Source: a virus (lineage: Duplodnaviria; Caudoviricetes). From it: a stretch of 64,000 nucleotides of DNA. The notes below the pieces were generated by a model. That model saw nothing but the letters and a program-made list of their open reading frames with translations. It searched no databases and was not told the DNA's origin. Of this stretch, positions 1 through 11,508 are shown piece after piece. Where the stretch lies: the IMG/VR virus record IMGVR_UViG_3300037067_027643, positions 221,745 through 285,744 of that record; one strand, 5' to 3'. The translations under genes and the position numbers were made by a program. Each line of letters starts with the position of its first letter. The first letter of the stretch is position 1.

Positions 1-159
1 TATTAGATTGTATGAAAGAAGCACAAAAACAAACTAAAATTAAATATAAGAAAAAGATAAATAAGATCGAAAAACAATATTACGACAAAGGATATACTAA
101 GGGTTGGACAGAAGGATTTAATTAAGCAAAACAAGAAATTTAAAACAAATATATATAAC

Positions 160-630
160 ATGAGAAAAATCATTAAAGAAGATTATGGAATCGGAGTAGT
201 AAATGCAAGTGAAAATAAACACCATTACTACATAGCAAAAAGATTATCAAATGAACAGATAAATAAATTTGTCCAAGCTAAAACATTAATTGGATATGAA
301 GTTGATGTTCTATATCGTAAAAAACAAAGAAAATGTATAATAGTTGCAGTCTCACTTCCAGACAAAGAACAAACCGTATATACATTCAAGGATGGTAGTA
401 AACAAACCTATTCAAACTTTCCATTTAGTATATTTCTTTGTATAGAAGATGGTAGACTACAAGGTAGATGGTTTAATAATATAGACTCTTTTAACTTTGA
501 TAATGCAATATATAAAGGTGTTCATTTCGAAACACATGGAACAGAATATACAGTAATTAATAAAAATTTTGATTGTGTTGAATTGATATATGATTATAAT
601 AGTGGGCATTTAGAATTACCATGTGCTTAG
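160..630 (+). CDS. hypothetical phage protein
   Basis: 156-aa ORF with A-rich leader; no recognised motif. Confidence 0.6.
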   Translation: MRKIIKEDYGIGVVNASENKHHYYIAKRLSNEQINKFVQAKTLIGYEVDVLYRKKQRKCIIVAVSLPDKEQTVYTFKDGSKQTYSNFPFSIFLCIEDGRLQGRWFNNIDSFNFDNAIYKGVHFETHGTEYTVINKNFDCVELIYDYNSGHLELPCA

Positions 631-654
631 TCTTATAACTTGTATGTGACAAAC

Positions 655-1222
655 TATTTTAAAAAACGAAAATTAACCTCGATAAAATATGAATAAAATA
701 CACACGAAACGAGACGCAGAATCATTAATATTTTTATTACAAAAATTAGGATATATAAATGCTAAATTAATTGGTTCATTTGGTAATGGAAAAGAAACTT
801 CAGAACATGATATAGATGTTTATATACCAAAATTACCAGGATTTTTAAGTAAAAGATTTAAGAGTAAACAATTTGCTGATACTATGAAAAATTTATTAGA
901 TGCAGAATCTTATGAATATACAGATATGGAAAGTTGGTATTTTACAAATACATTTTTTGGTGATGTAGATATGTTTCACAATATAGATCATTTTGATTAT
1001 TAAATATTATGTTAAAAAGTATAAGAAGTATTGAAAATTTATTTTTTATTTTTTCTATACATACACTGATTATAGACTATTTTGAAAATTATAAAAACTG
1101 ATATAACATATTAGTAATAATAGAAGATATATTATACAATGACTGGAATTGATATTAAACTATTAAACTAGGGTTATTTTTATGTTATTAAGTATTTTGA
1201 AAAACCAAAATTAACCTCGATA
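655..1222 (+). repeat. 30-bp direct repeat (655-684 and 1193-1222) flanking the nucleotidyltransferase gene
   Basis: TATTTT(A/G)AAAAAC(G/C)AAAATTAACCTCGATA; 28 of 30 positions identical. Confidence 0.8.
689..1003 (+). CDS. minimal nucleotidyltransferase (Pol-beta superfamily, MNT-like)
   Basis: hGS...DxD signature: LIGSFGNGKETSEHDIDVYI, with a later VDMF strand; 104 aa. Confidence 0.7.
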   Translation: MNKIHTKRDAESLIFLLQKLGYINAKLIGSFGNGKETSEHDIDVYIPKLPGFLSKRFKSKQFADTMKNLLDAESYEYTDMESWYFTNTFFGDVDMFHNIDHFDY

Positions 1223-2333
1223 TGAAAACGTATATGTCTCATTTCTCAATCTATCATCACCCAACGTCAAAAGTGAATCATCAAATTTTTGCGAAATAGA
1301 TTTTTAAATCGATACTTCGATACGGTTATAAAAATAGTGATGTTACATAATAGGGTTTTATGTAACGACAATTTAAGATAGGTTTAATAAAATGTAAGTA
1401 GATTAATAGATCATTGTTTAAATCTATTTAAAATAGGTTAGAATAATATTAGTTATAATATACAATAATAAAATTTACATTAATTTCAACATTATTTCTT
1501 TAGATTTATTTTCTATTTGGTAATACTTTTTCTTGTTTGTTAACTATAATATTAGATAACTCTATAACCTTATCTTCTAACCAATGAACATATTCTGGAT
1601 TATAGTTAGATGATAGTATATCAAAAGATTTACCTGTTTTTGTATAGAATTCTGATCTTATATCGTCTTGAAACATAATTTTATTTATTTTTATTTTTTA
1701 TAATTAGTTTGAAATATTTTTTCTAGTTCTTTTCTTTTATCAAATTCTGGTTCCCAATCTATACTATGACTATAATTTATTTTTCGTTCCCACCAACTGT
1801 TAGATTTGGTATTTCTTCTGTATTGTTGTTCTATATCGTTTTCTACAGTATCAACAATAAAATATTCTACGAGATGGATGCCTGTGAGTTTCATTATTAT
1901 TTATTTTTAACTAGTTCAACAATCCATCTATCATCAAAATCAAACCAACATCCACTACATCTAATTTGTTTATTTTTTGTATCTAATGTAGCGATATCGT
2001 TAATTTTACAATATCTTTCTGATATTGGTGTTTGTAAAACTTTTACTTTCATGATTTATATTATTATTTAAAAATTTACCATGTTGCTTAGGTTTGTATC
2101 ATCATTACCTTTATTTTTAGATAATGCTATTCTTGCTATTAATGTTCCAAATACTAAAACAAGTATTGACATTTTAATACCTTCTAAAATTGTGATAGGA
2201 GTTTTGTCTACATGATATCCAATTGGATAGATGATATAAAAGAATATTAAAAACATTAATACTCCTGTTATTGTTCCTATTAATAAGGAAATAAACCATT
2301 TTTTCATGTTGTTTGTTGTTTTAAATTATAGTA

Positions 2334-2365
2334 CAAAAGTACAAAATAAAAATCACACTACCAAA
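2334..2365 (-). promoter_or_regulatory. Bacteroidota-type -33/-7 promoter
   Basis: Reverse complement reads TTTG-N20-TACTTTTG, upstream of ORF 2307-2068. Confidence 0.8.
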
Positions 2366-3098
2366 TTTATTTCGAGAAAATATTTTAAATTTTAAATAAT
2401 ATTAATACTAATATTCTAAAAGATATAGTGGTCATTATATAGTTATTTAATACTAATATCGACGGTAATGTTTTAAAATCAAATAATAAATATAAGAATG
2501 AATGAGATTGATTATATTCAAAGTCTACTATATAAAATAAGTATAGATATAAGAGTATTAATATCCAAATTATATATATTGATATTAATATTATTGTTGG
2601 TAGCATGATTTTTAATTTATTAATCTAATGTTTTAAATAGTTCTTTTAATTGTTCTATATTACATAATATAAACTGTTCTACTGTGTCTTGATCTTCTGT
2701 ATATGATACTTTATCATTTACAAGGTCAGATACTGAATTTCGGAAGTCTATTTGTTTTTGAAGTGTGATAGCTTCTTGTTCATCTTCTATTATTTCTCCA
2801 TTAGTGAGTTGATAGCCGGATACTTTTTGTGGGGTGTTTGTTTTCATGTTTGTATTATTTTAATTTATTATCAAACCAATCAGCGAACATAGCTGCATAA
2901 TATGCAAATTGAATTATTATATAACCTATTAAAATCACTTGAAATGTTGAGTATATTACAACATAATTTGTTGTATTTATATAATCTTTAACTAAATGTA
3001 CATTAAAATAAAATGTAAGTATTGTTGGTACTAATACTATTAATATACAGATACTAAATTTAATTGCTTTCATAAATTTAATTGTTTTCATAAATTTT

Positions 3099-4367
3099 TT
3101 ATTTATTTTTTTCTAATTTGTTTATTAAGATGTCAATTTGATCTTTACTTAAATTTTTATTTACTTCAGTAAGGACCCTAATAGATTCTTCTTCTATAGT
3201 AAATGGATACTTAAATTGTTTATTTAAATTCATTACTACTTTAATAGCTTTTAGTTCTTCTAATGTTAGACGTTTACTATCTTTACAAGTAGGTGGTCCA
3301 AATAAGATTTGTTTTGTTGTTTCTCTTGTATTATTTTTTGTATCTATATAAACAGATTCTGCTATTTCTGCTTTGTGTCCATCTACTATTACATCGTTAT
3401 TTTCTTCTTTTATGATTTCTGCCCATGTTCCTTGTTTATAAATTGTATAATAATTATATTCTAATGAATCACTAAATGAATAATAAATTATAACATGTTT
3501 ATCTTTTTTATCAATTATTATTGTATCACTAATACATTTTTCAAATTTAGATCTGTTTACTTTAACTCCGTCTTTAAATCCTTTCCATAATGCTACTTGA
3601 GTTAATACATCTTCGATTTGTTTTGTAGTTGCTTTAGTGACATTTGTTTTAACAGTAAAATGGTAATATTCATTTTCAATTGTTGATTTAAATTCTGATA
3701 TATGATTTGGATTGATTATATAACCTTCTGTTGTATTATATGAATTTTCTGTTTGAGAACTATATCTAAATAATACTTTTTGATCATTTACCTCTTTATA
3801 CAACCAATCACCTTCTTTGAAATCATTTGTTTGATTAAATTTGGATATTTCTTCCGTTGTTGCTTTTCTAACTAAATCTTTATGAACTCCAGTAGATCTT
3901 CCTAGTTCAGATCTTAAATAAAATTCATCTTTTATTTCTTTTATTTGAAAAATATCACCAACCTTAAAAGTAGACCAATTACCTTTTCCATCAGAAATTA
4001 TTTTCACATAATCATTTAATTTGTATTCATCATCTTCCTCTTCTATTACCGATTGTTTTAATAGTTGTTCAAAGCTATCTACTTTTGCGAACATGTCTTG
4101 TTTGAACTCTTTGAATTGTTCTTGGATTGATGAGGTATCTGGAAAATTTATTTCGTTAAATTCTATTGTACGATAATATGAATAAGCACACCAACCAGGA
4201 CAAGGCAATAGATAATAATTATAAATTGGATTCCACTCACGCATATTTTTAAAATGTTGTTTAAGTATATAATGCTGTTCTTTTGTTGTTACATGACAGA
4301 CATAATTTTTATTTTCATCAATATTATTATAATTGACACTTAATTCTTCTATTGAATATTTTTTCAT
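3099..4367 (-). CDS. hypothetical phage protein (422 aa) with repeated FKxGD..RKATxxEI-type modules
   Basis: Long ORF; FKVGDIF..VRKATTEEI and FKEGDWL..VTKATTKQI resemble each other. Confidence 0.6.
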   Translation of the reverse strand: MKKYSIEELSVNYNNIDENKNYVCHVTTKEQHYILKQHFKNMREWNPIYNYYLLPCPGWCAYSYYRTIEFNEINFPDTSSIQEQFKEFKQDMFAKVDSFEQLLKQSVIEEEDDEYKLNDYVKIISDGKGNWSTFKVGDIFQIKEIKDEFYLRSELGRSTGVHKDLVRKATTEEISKFNQTNDFKEGDWLYKEVNDQKVLFRYSSQTENSYNTTEGYIINPNHISEFKSTIENEYYHFTVKTNVTKATTKQIEDVLTQVALWKGFKDGVKVNRSKFEKCISDTIIIDKKDKHVIIYYSFSDSLEYNYYTIYKQGTWAEIIKEENNDVIVDGHKAEIAESVYIDTKNNTRETTKQILFGPPTCKDSKRLTLEELKAIKVVMNLNKQFKYPFTIEEESIRVLTEVNKNLSKDQIDILINKLEKNK

Positions 4368-4824
4368 AATTTTAATTTATTAATGTTAATTGAATTTCTT
4401 GTGCTACAAAATGAGTATAATCATATACTTTATTTCTAATAGAGTTATCTGGTTCTATAATATAGGTTCCACCTATAATTGGTTGGTCAGTTAATGCTTT
4501 ACCTACTATTTTACCTGTTCCTTTAAATTCTCTTATATTGAATTCAACTCTTTGATCTTGTTTTAAATCACTCATAGTTTTATATATTTTAAATTTATAA
4601 ATTTTCAAATATATATAATATCTGATTCCAATAATATATATCACCTTCACTACCACATGTTGGTATTATTACTTTTTTAATTAGCTTTATCGATCTTCTT
4701 TTTTTAAAAAATAAAAATAAAGATTTTATTTCATCTATTTTAACTGATAATTCTTGAAATGTAAAAATATTTGTATTATTCATAATTTTTATTTATTTTT
4801 AATTTTTGTTTATTATTATATTTA

Positions 4825-4873
4825 AGGTAAAGGAGATGAAAATTGTTTGAATTTTCTATTTGCTCCTTTACCT
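4825..4873. other. long stem-loop in the leader of the minus-strand block
   Basis: AGGTAAAGGAG (4825-4835) / CTCCTTTACCT (4863-4873) perfect 11-bp stem, plus inner GAAAATT/AATTTTC. Confidence 0.75.
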
Positions 4874-4890
4874 ATTTTAATTATGTGATA

Positions 4891-5010
4891 CAAAATTAAT
4901 ACTTATTTTTCTATTTACCAAATTTATTTTAAAATATTTTAGATTGTTAATAACTTTCTTAAAATAAATCAAAATAAATTTTTTTATGTGACATATTATT
5001 TGTACATTTG
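4891..5010. promoter_or_regulatory. divergent promoter pair
   Basis: Minus: TTTG-N20-TAATTTTG (4922-4891). Plus: TTTT-N20-TACATTTG (4979-5010). Coincides with the coding-strand switch. Confidence 0.75.
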
Positions 5011-5037
5011 TATTATAATTTAAAACAATAAATAGAT

Positions 5038-5208
5038 ATGAAAACAAGTAAAAACATAAAAGAAACAAAAACAGCAGTAAGTTCTAAATATCCAAAATGG
5101 TTAGATGTCAAAGATCAAAAATATTATGATAGTATGAAAGAAGAAGGATTTTCTAACAGTCATATTCAAAGAACTATAGAATATATGAAATTATTAAACG
5201 AAGAATAA
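5038..5208 (+). pseudogene. small frameshifted ORF (or homopolymer sequence error)
   Basis: ATG AAA ACA AGT AAA ACA TAA; one extra A joins it to an open frame ...KETKTAVSSKYPKWLDVKDQKYYDSMKEEGF...NEE*. Confidence 0.4.
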
Positions 5209-5229
5209 AAAATTTAAATAATTACAACT

Positions 5230-8084
5230 ATGTTCGAAAAGATAGGTTACTTCAAAGAATACTATATCAACAATCGATTTATTGGTACTGTAACTCCATG
5301 TGAAAAAGATAGAGACGAAGTTGGATACTATAGTCGTAAAGATGAAGTATTAACTGATACAGTAATATTAGATAATAAAAAAAGAATTAAAAAAGGAACA
5401 CTTGGAGTTCATACATTAATATATCCATTGTTTGGAAAATTAATAAAATAAATTTGGTTATATAAAAAATATTTATTAATTTTGTAAAGTTAAATTAAAA
5501 ATAAAAACAATGATAAAAGTAAATAAATACCCAGAACAAAAATCAATTAATAGATATTTTGATGATTTAGAAGAATGGGAAAATAGTTTTTCATGTAATG
5601 AATGTGGTTGTGATAATATTACAGACTTCACTTATGACAGAACAGTTGCAAATGGCGAAGTTTGGATTTGTAAATATTGTAAAACAGAAAGACTTGTAAA
5701 AAATAAACCAAATGAAGATAGATATTAATATTAACAACCTGATATAAAACAAATGACAAAATTTAAACTAAATTCAGAAATTACTATAAGTGCTTATACA
5801 GAAGTAGAAGCTGATACATTAGAAGAAGCAATTGAAATAGCTAAAGAAAGATCAACAATGGAAATACCAATTAATAGTCTAGCAGATGTTAGTGAAGAAT
5901 GGATTGTAGATGAAATAGATGGTATGCCAGTTAATATACATGAAACTGAATAAAATTAATTGATAATAGTTAAAAATAACTTAACCCGGAAAAATATATG
6001 TCAGGAGTAAAAGACAAAGTATATTCTATTATTAATTAATTTTTTAAAATATAAAACAATATGTCAAAAGCAAACGATACCAGAAAAGAAGCATTAGCAT
6101 GGTGGGATAATATTCCATTTAATTCATCTAATACAACTATAAGTAAAACTCATTATACTAATAAATATTTTGAGGGTAGAAAATATAATAGTTTAACAGG
6201 AAGAGAAATAGAATTGATTTATAATGAACTATGTAAATGTCCTCATTGTGGATATATAAGAAAAAATATATCAGGTCTATGTCCAGAATGTTGTATATTT
6301 CCACCAACAAATAATATTTTAAAATAATTTAAAACAGATAAAACCTATAAAAATGAACTATAACATTATATCATTAGCAGAAGATATAGAATCTATATCA
6401 ACCATTCTAAAAATAAAAAAGACAGAATTTACAGAAAATTTTTATAAAAATGTAAATTATTCTAAGATGTCATTTTCAGAAATAAAACAATTAAATTTAG
6501 AATATCAATTAAAAATTAAAGAATTGGAAGATGACATTTATAAAAAATATCATACTAGTAAAAGATTAATTAAAAACAATTAAATATGATAGAAGATAAT
6601 AATATTATACAACTCAAAGGAGCTTCTAAAAAAGATAAAGTATTAGTGAAAGAAATTCTTTTAAATAGTTACAAAGAATTAGTAAATGAAATTGAAAAAG
6701 AAGCAGACTATTGTGATGTAATTGGTTATTGGAAAGATAATATACCAACTAGTAAACCAATAATAACAGCTAAGGAATTTATTAATATATATAAAAATTT
6801 ATTAGATAAATAAAATGTATAAACCAAAGTTATTCGATACAGCAACAAGTCTAGAAGACTTTATAAGAAGATATCAACCATCTAGTTGGTGTGAACCTAT
6901 TCAATCTTGTAGTTTTGTTCCATACTTTACAAATGAAGAATATGAACAAATAAAACAAGGAAATTATGTTATTCGATATAGACCATTAACTTGGTTTGAA
7001 AAAGAAGCAATAGTAGAATTTTTTAAACAACTTCACAAGAAAAGATCTTAGAAGATTGGAATAAAAGTAAAGAATATGACAATATAGGACCAACGGTAGA
7101 AGAATTTTTAAAAGTATTAAATCATGTTGATACTGGTGATATTATAAAACAACAGATAAAAGACTTAATTGAAATATATAAACTTAAATTAGATTCTGTT
7201 AATAAAAGATTATGTTCTTGTTATTCAGAAGACTTGGATGATTTTAGGTTTTGTTACGAAAATATAATAACAGAATTAACAAACATATTAGAAAACAATA
7301 AATAAAACATTATGAAAACAAGAACAAAATTATTTTGGATATTTACATTCTACTTCTTTTTAGGAGGTAACTTAGGTGGTGTAATATTTGCTATAACTAT
7401 CCATTTAAATTTATTAAATTATATATTAAATATAATAGCAATAATAGGATTAATAATATCTTCGTTTGGTATAGACTGGGTAACATGGCCAGGTAACGGA
7501 TATCATTTTAAATGGAAGAACATATATTCATTTGTTATATATTTTAGAAATTTAAAATCGAAAGAATATACATTAAAACAAAAATTTGATTGTATTAATA
7601 AATTAAGAGTAGCATTACAGGAAGATGAAAAAGAACAACGGCATAATGCATTTCTTTGTAATCAATTGTACCGTTTAGGTATTATACAAGATAATAAAAT
7701 TAAATATGTTTTAGTTATATTTCCAGAACTACATAATATAATTATTAAATATATAAAAATTTATAATTCATGTATGATATCTGCAATATCATGTGGTGAA
7801 GATTATGGAACAAGATATAAACTTTTAGATGAATTAGAAGCTCAATTAAAAAATAAATAATAATTATGAAAAACCTATTAAAAAAGATAATATGTAAATA
7901 TTATTCTTGGCGTGATGATATTGTCTTTGAAAAGGGATATGAATATTTAAAGATTACTCATACCGAATTAGATCAATTAGAAACACATCATCGTATATTA
8001 TTAGATGACGGATATAAAAAAGTTAGTGATGTTAACTGTAATTTTTCTAAAGCATGGTGTTGGTATAGAAAACCAAATAAATAA
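5230..8084 (+). other. cluster of small hypothetical early genes, incl. Zn-ribbon proteins 5510-5728 and 6061-6327 and membrane protein 7312-7860
   Basis: Abutting ORFs; paired CxxC motifs; hydrophobic N-terminus in 7312-7860. Confidence 0.65.
5453..5484 (+). promoter_or_regulatory. Bacteroidota-type -33/-7 promoter
   Basis: TTTG-N20-TAATTTTG. Confidence 0.8.
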
Positions 8085-8371
8085 TATAACAATATTATTA
8101 AACATCAAAATCGACCAAACCCTAAAATTCATCGACGGCATATAAAAATTTATCAAGGGTTCTAGAGGTACTATGTATAACAAGGTACTCTTACTACACT
8201 AGGATTACCGAGAATTGTCCCACATGTAAATCGGACATCAAAAATTATTTAAAATTTATTTCGACTAAACAACAATATTTAACGATTAAAATATTTTGAA
8301 AAGTAGTTGAAATTTAAAGGAAGAAATAGTCAAAAATTGTTAGAATGTTATAAATTAACAATCTAACTAAT

Positions 8372-8499
8372 ATTTGTATATACAAATGTTTTTAATAAAA
8401 TCGTGCTTCACATAGGCCGTAAAACCAGTATTTCAAAAAACTAAAATATTAATAATCAACAATCTAGTTTTAAGATAATAATCATTTGTATATACAAAT
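8372..8499. repeat. two copies of a perfect 16-bp palindrome ATTTGTATATACAAAT
   Basis: 8372-8387 and 8484-8499 in non-coding DNA. Confidence 0.85.
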
Positions 8500-8530
8500 A
8501 TCACCATCTATAAAAATAAATGAAAATAAA

Positions 8531-8562
8531 TTTGGTAATGTGATAAATTATTCTTACTTTTG
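8531..8562 (+). promoter_or_regulatory. Bacteroidota-type -33/-7 promoter
   Basis: TTTG-N20-TACTTTTG. Confidence 0.8.
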
Positions 8563-9227
8563 TATTGTTAAATTAATACTAAAAAATAGACAATATGTGT
8601 AAAATAGTAATATCATCAATTAGAAAATTTAACGATAATGGTATCATTCGAGAGGGGATGGTTCACGGTAAATTTAAAGAAAAATCATTCATTGTTGTTG
8701 TCAAAAACTTTGAAACAAATGAAGAAGAAGACTTTATTGTCAACGAAACCGATTTCATATAATTAGTATTAACAAGTAAATAACCAAGTTATGTTATATA
8801 CCAAAGAATTTTATGAAGTAATGGACTTCTTCGAAAACAAAGCCTCTAAAGAAATGTATATAGAAGGATCATTAACAAGAGAAGATCGAGAACAATGGAA
8901 GAGACAATGTTACTATACAAATGGAAATGCAAACAATTATTTCAAAATGTTTTTAAGTGGATATCAATTAGGTAAAATAAGTTAATATTATAAAAATAAA
9001 ACATCATGTCAGTAATAACAACCGCAGATGAACATATAACCAAAGCTAAAGAACTTATATCAGAAGCCTATAAAAATTTATTAGTAGTACTAGATGAAGA
9101 AACTTGGGGTCATAAAGACTATAATGAAACATTTTTAGACAATGTACAAGAAGTAGCAATGGAACTATTAAAATTAAAAAGAAAATTATAATAAATAATT
9201 TTACTACACAATCAAACGAAAACAAAA

Positions 9228-9340
9228 ATTTTGTTAAATTTGTAACAATTTTTCCGGATTTTGTTAAATTTTTAACAAATTTGTTATAACACATTTATAA
9301 TCAATTAATTACAAGAAAATATTTTGTTAAATTTGTAACA
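9228..9340. repeat. three 20-bp direct repeats ATTTTGTTAAATTT(G/T)TAACA with internal dyad TGTTA-N6-TAACA
   Basis: 9228-9247, 9258-9277, 9321-9340; related TGTTATAACA at 9282-9291. Confidence 0.85.
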
Positions 9341-9797
9341 CTTTAAATAATTAAAAATCAAACGATTATGTGAGAAAAAATTAAAACTTTATCTGCTTAG
9401 TGTAAGTAGGAAAACACGTCGCTTAAAAACGTTGGTATTAGTATGTTATAAAGTACGTAGATGTAACTAACTGATAATCAATGGGTAAACGCAACTAAAT
9501 TTCGCATTTTCCTAATACATAATCATCTCGAATTTTTCGAAAATTATCTATTAAAATAACCATACCACACACTAATCTATAATATACGTAATAAAAAATC
9601 TTTAATTCAATGTATTATAAAACAGTCAATAAACCAGTTAAAAATTACGTCGATTCACCTCTTTTTCTTTAATATAACCACTTATAAATTCAATTATACA
9701 ATATAGTATATAATCAATCAAAGTACCCGTAAATCTAATCTAATTAAGTTATATAATACAATTTGTTTTACCTAATAATATTAATTAAATAAAATTT

Positions 9798-10121
9798 GTG
9801 ATAGCATATAAATTATTCACTGTGAGAAAGAATGGAACAATTGTATCATTATTTATAAATCGTAAATATGTCATTCCTATTAACGAGTGGTTAGTAGCAG
9901 AAACCGAACATCATACTAAGGGATATAAATACAGACCTTATTGGCATTGTTGTTCTGAACCTGTTGCTCCTCACCTCGGTATTAAAAATCGTTGTTGGTA
10001 TAAAGTAGAGATTCAAGATTATATAAAATTTGATAGACCTATTAATCAGGGAGGAACGTGGTATCTAAGTAAGAAAATGAAGGTACTATATCCAATGATA
10101 GTAGAATATGTTAATAAATAA
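9798..10121 (+). CDS. conserved-looking hypothetical phage protein
   Basis: GTG start; AYKLF...YRPYWHC...QGGTWYL motif pattern. Confidence 0.6.
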   Translation: MIAYKLFTVRKNGTIVSLFINRKYVIPINEWLVAETEHHTKGYKYRPYWHCCSEPVAPHLGIKNRCWYKVEIQDYIKFDRPINQGGTWYLSKKMKVLYPMIVEYVNK

Positions 10122-10132
10122 TTGCGATTTTA

Positions 10133-10164
10133 TTTGGTAGAGTGAAATATTATCATTACTTTTG
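10133..10164 (+). promoter_or_regulatory. Bacteroidota-type -33/-7 promoter
   Basis: TTTG-N20-TACTTTTG. Confidence 0.8.
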
Positions 10165-10998
10165 TTGTATTATTAAAATATAAAAATATTAATTGTTATG
10201 AGTATATCACTTAAAAAGAAATTAATAAACATATACAACGCTAATCAATGTGTGGATTTAAATGATTGTGATATAGCTATTAGCCAAACAAAAGAATTAA
10301 TATTATTACATGGTTATACTCCAGCATTAATTAAAAGATTATTAAGTTTAGAAAATAAAAGAAAATGTTACATTGGATAGATAGCACTACTGCACTTTTA
10401 GATGATAAATCTATTATTAATTTTCTTGATAACGGAGATGTTGAATTTTATCCTAATACTAAATCGGGTTGGAAAAAGATTAAAAATAATAGAAAGGATA
10501 AAAATCACATGTATAATTCTAAATTTGGTTTAATTATATTTCATCACAATAGTAAAGAAGATGCTATTCGAATTTGGGAAAATATAGATATGTTATTAAA
10601 TAATCAAACATTATGAAAATAGGTGATAAGGTTAAATATTCTGATCGAAACTTATATTGTAAAAATACTGTTTCTGCGTATGCTAATATGGAGGGAATAG
10701 TTGAAAATATATTTGATGATGGCGGTTTCGTTTTAGATTGTGGTACTTCTACATTGGTTGTACCTAGTCGTGGTTATTATACATTAGATAAAGGAGTATG
10801 GATATATTTAAATGATGTACTTATATTTCATAAATTTAAACACACTTTTAAAGAACGATTAAATTGTTTATTTCATAATATATTTTATTAATCAATAAAA
10901 TAACTGTTAAATTTAATCTAATAAAATGATATAATATCAATAAATAATTACAATTTTATTTAGTAGAGTAAAATATTATTAATATAAATAAGTAAAAA

Positions 10999-11508
10999 AT
11001 GAAAGAACAATTTGTAACATTTAAAATAGCCGAACTATTAAAAAAATTAAATTTTAATGAACCTTGTTTATCTTTATGGAGATTAATTGATAGTGAGCCA
11101 GTATTCAACATAACTTCTGATCCTTGTTATTCAGTGTCTCAAGAAAAAGTGAGTTATATTCATGGTAGAAATGCAATTTTGGCTCCGTTGTGGCAACAAG
11201 TTCAAGATTGGGTATTAAAAACATATAATGTAGAATATCATATTTGCTCTACCAATGGAATAGGACAGAAATTAGGAGATACTCCGGAATGGTCAATTAA
11301 TTATTGTTTTCCTGGTACTAATAGCAGAGGTTGTGATTTACGATTATTATATCCAGATGAGATGCCTAATGCTTATTTTAAATCTAAATATGATTGTTTG
11401 TGTGATTCAGTATATAGGCTATTAAAATTCTTACAGACTGAACAATTTAAAGAATTAAAAGAAAGAGAAGGTATAATACATTTAATGGGTAAAACGATGA
11501 CTATTTAA
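10999..11508 (+). CDS. hypothetical protein, paralog of 53904-54284
   Basis: Shared MKExFV..A..LK..F...C and APL(W/Y)QQVxDW motifs. Confidence 0.7.
   Translation: MKEQFVTFKIAELLKKLNFNEPCLSLWRLIDSEPVFNITSDPCYSVSQEKVSYIHGRNAILAPLWQQVQDWVLKTYNVEYHICSTNGIGQKLGDTPEWSINYCFPGTNSRGCDLRLLYPDEMPNAYFKSKYDCLCDSVYRLLKFLQTEQFKELKEREGIIHLMGKTMTI

Larger units (their letters stand above)
1691..4783 (-). other. block of minus-strand hypothetical genes (1691-1894, 2068-2307, 2385-2606, 2620-2847, 2855-3091, 3099-4367, ~4372-4575, 4595-4783), several small membrane proteins
   Basis: Abutting ORFs, T-rich + strand (inverted skew), minus-strand promoters at 2334-2365 and 4891-4922. Confidence 0.7.

Noticed and set aside
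990-1017. dif-like site ATTTTGATTAT-TAAATA-TTATGTTAAAA
   Set aside because: The right arm resembles a XerD site, but the left arm is poor and overlaps a CDS end; chance matches are likely at this AT content.
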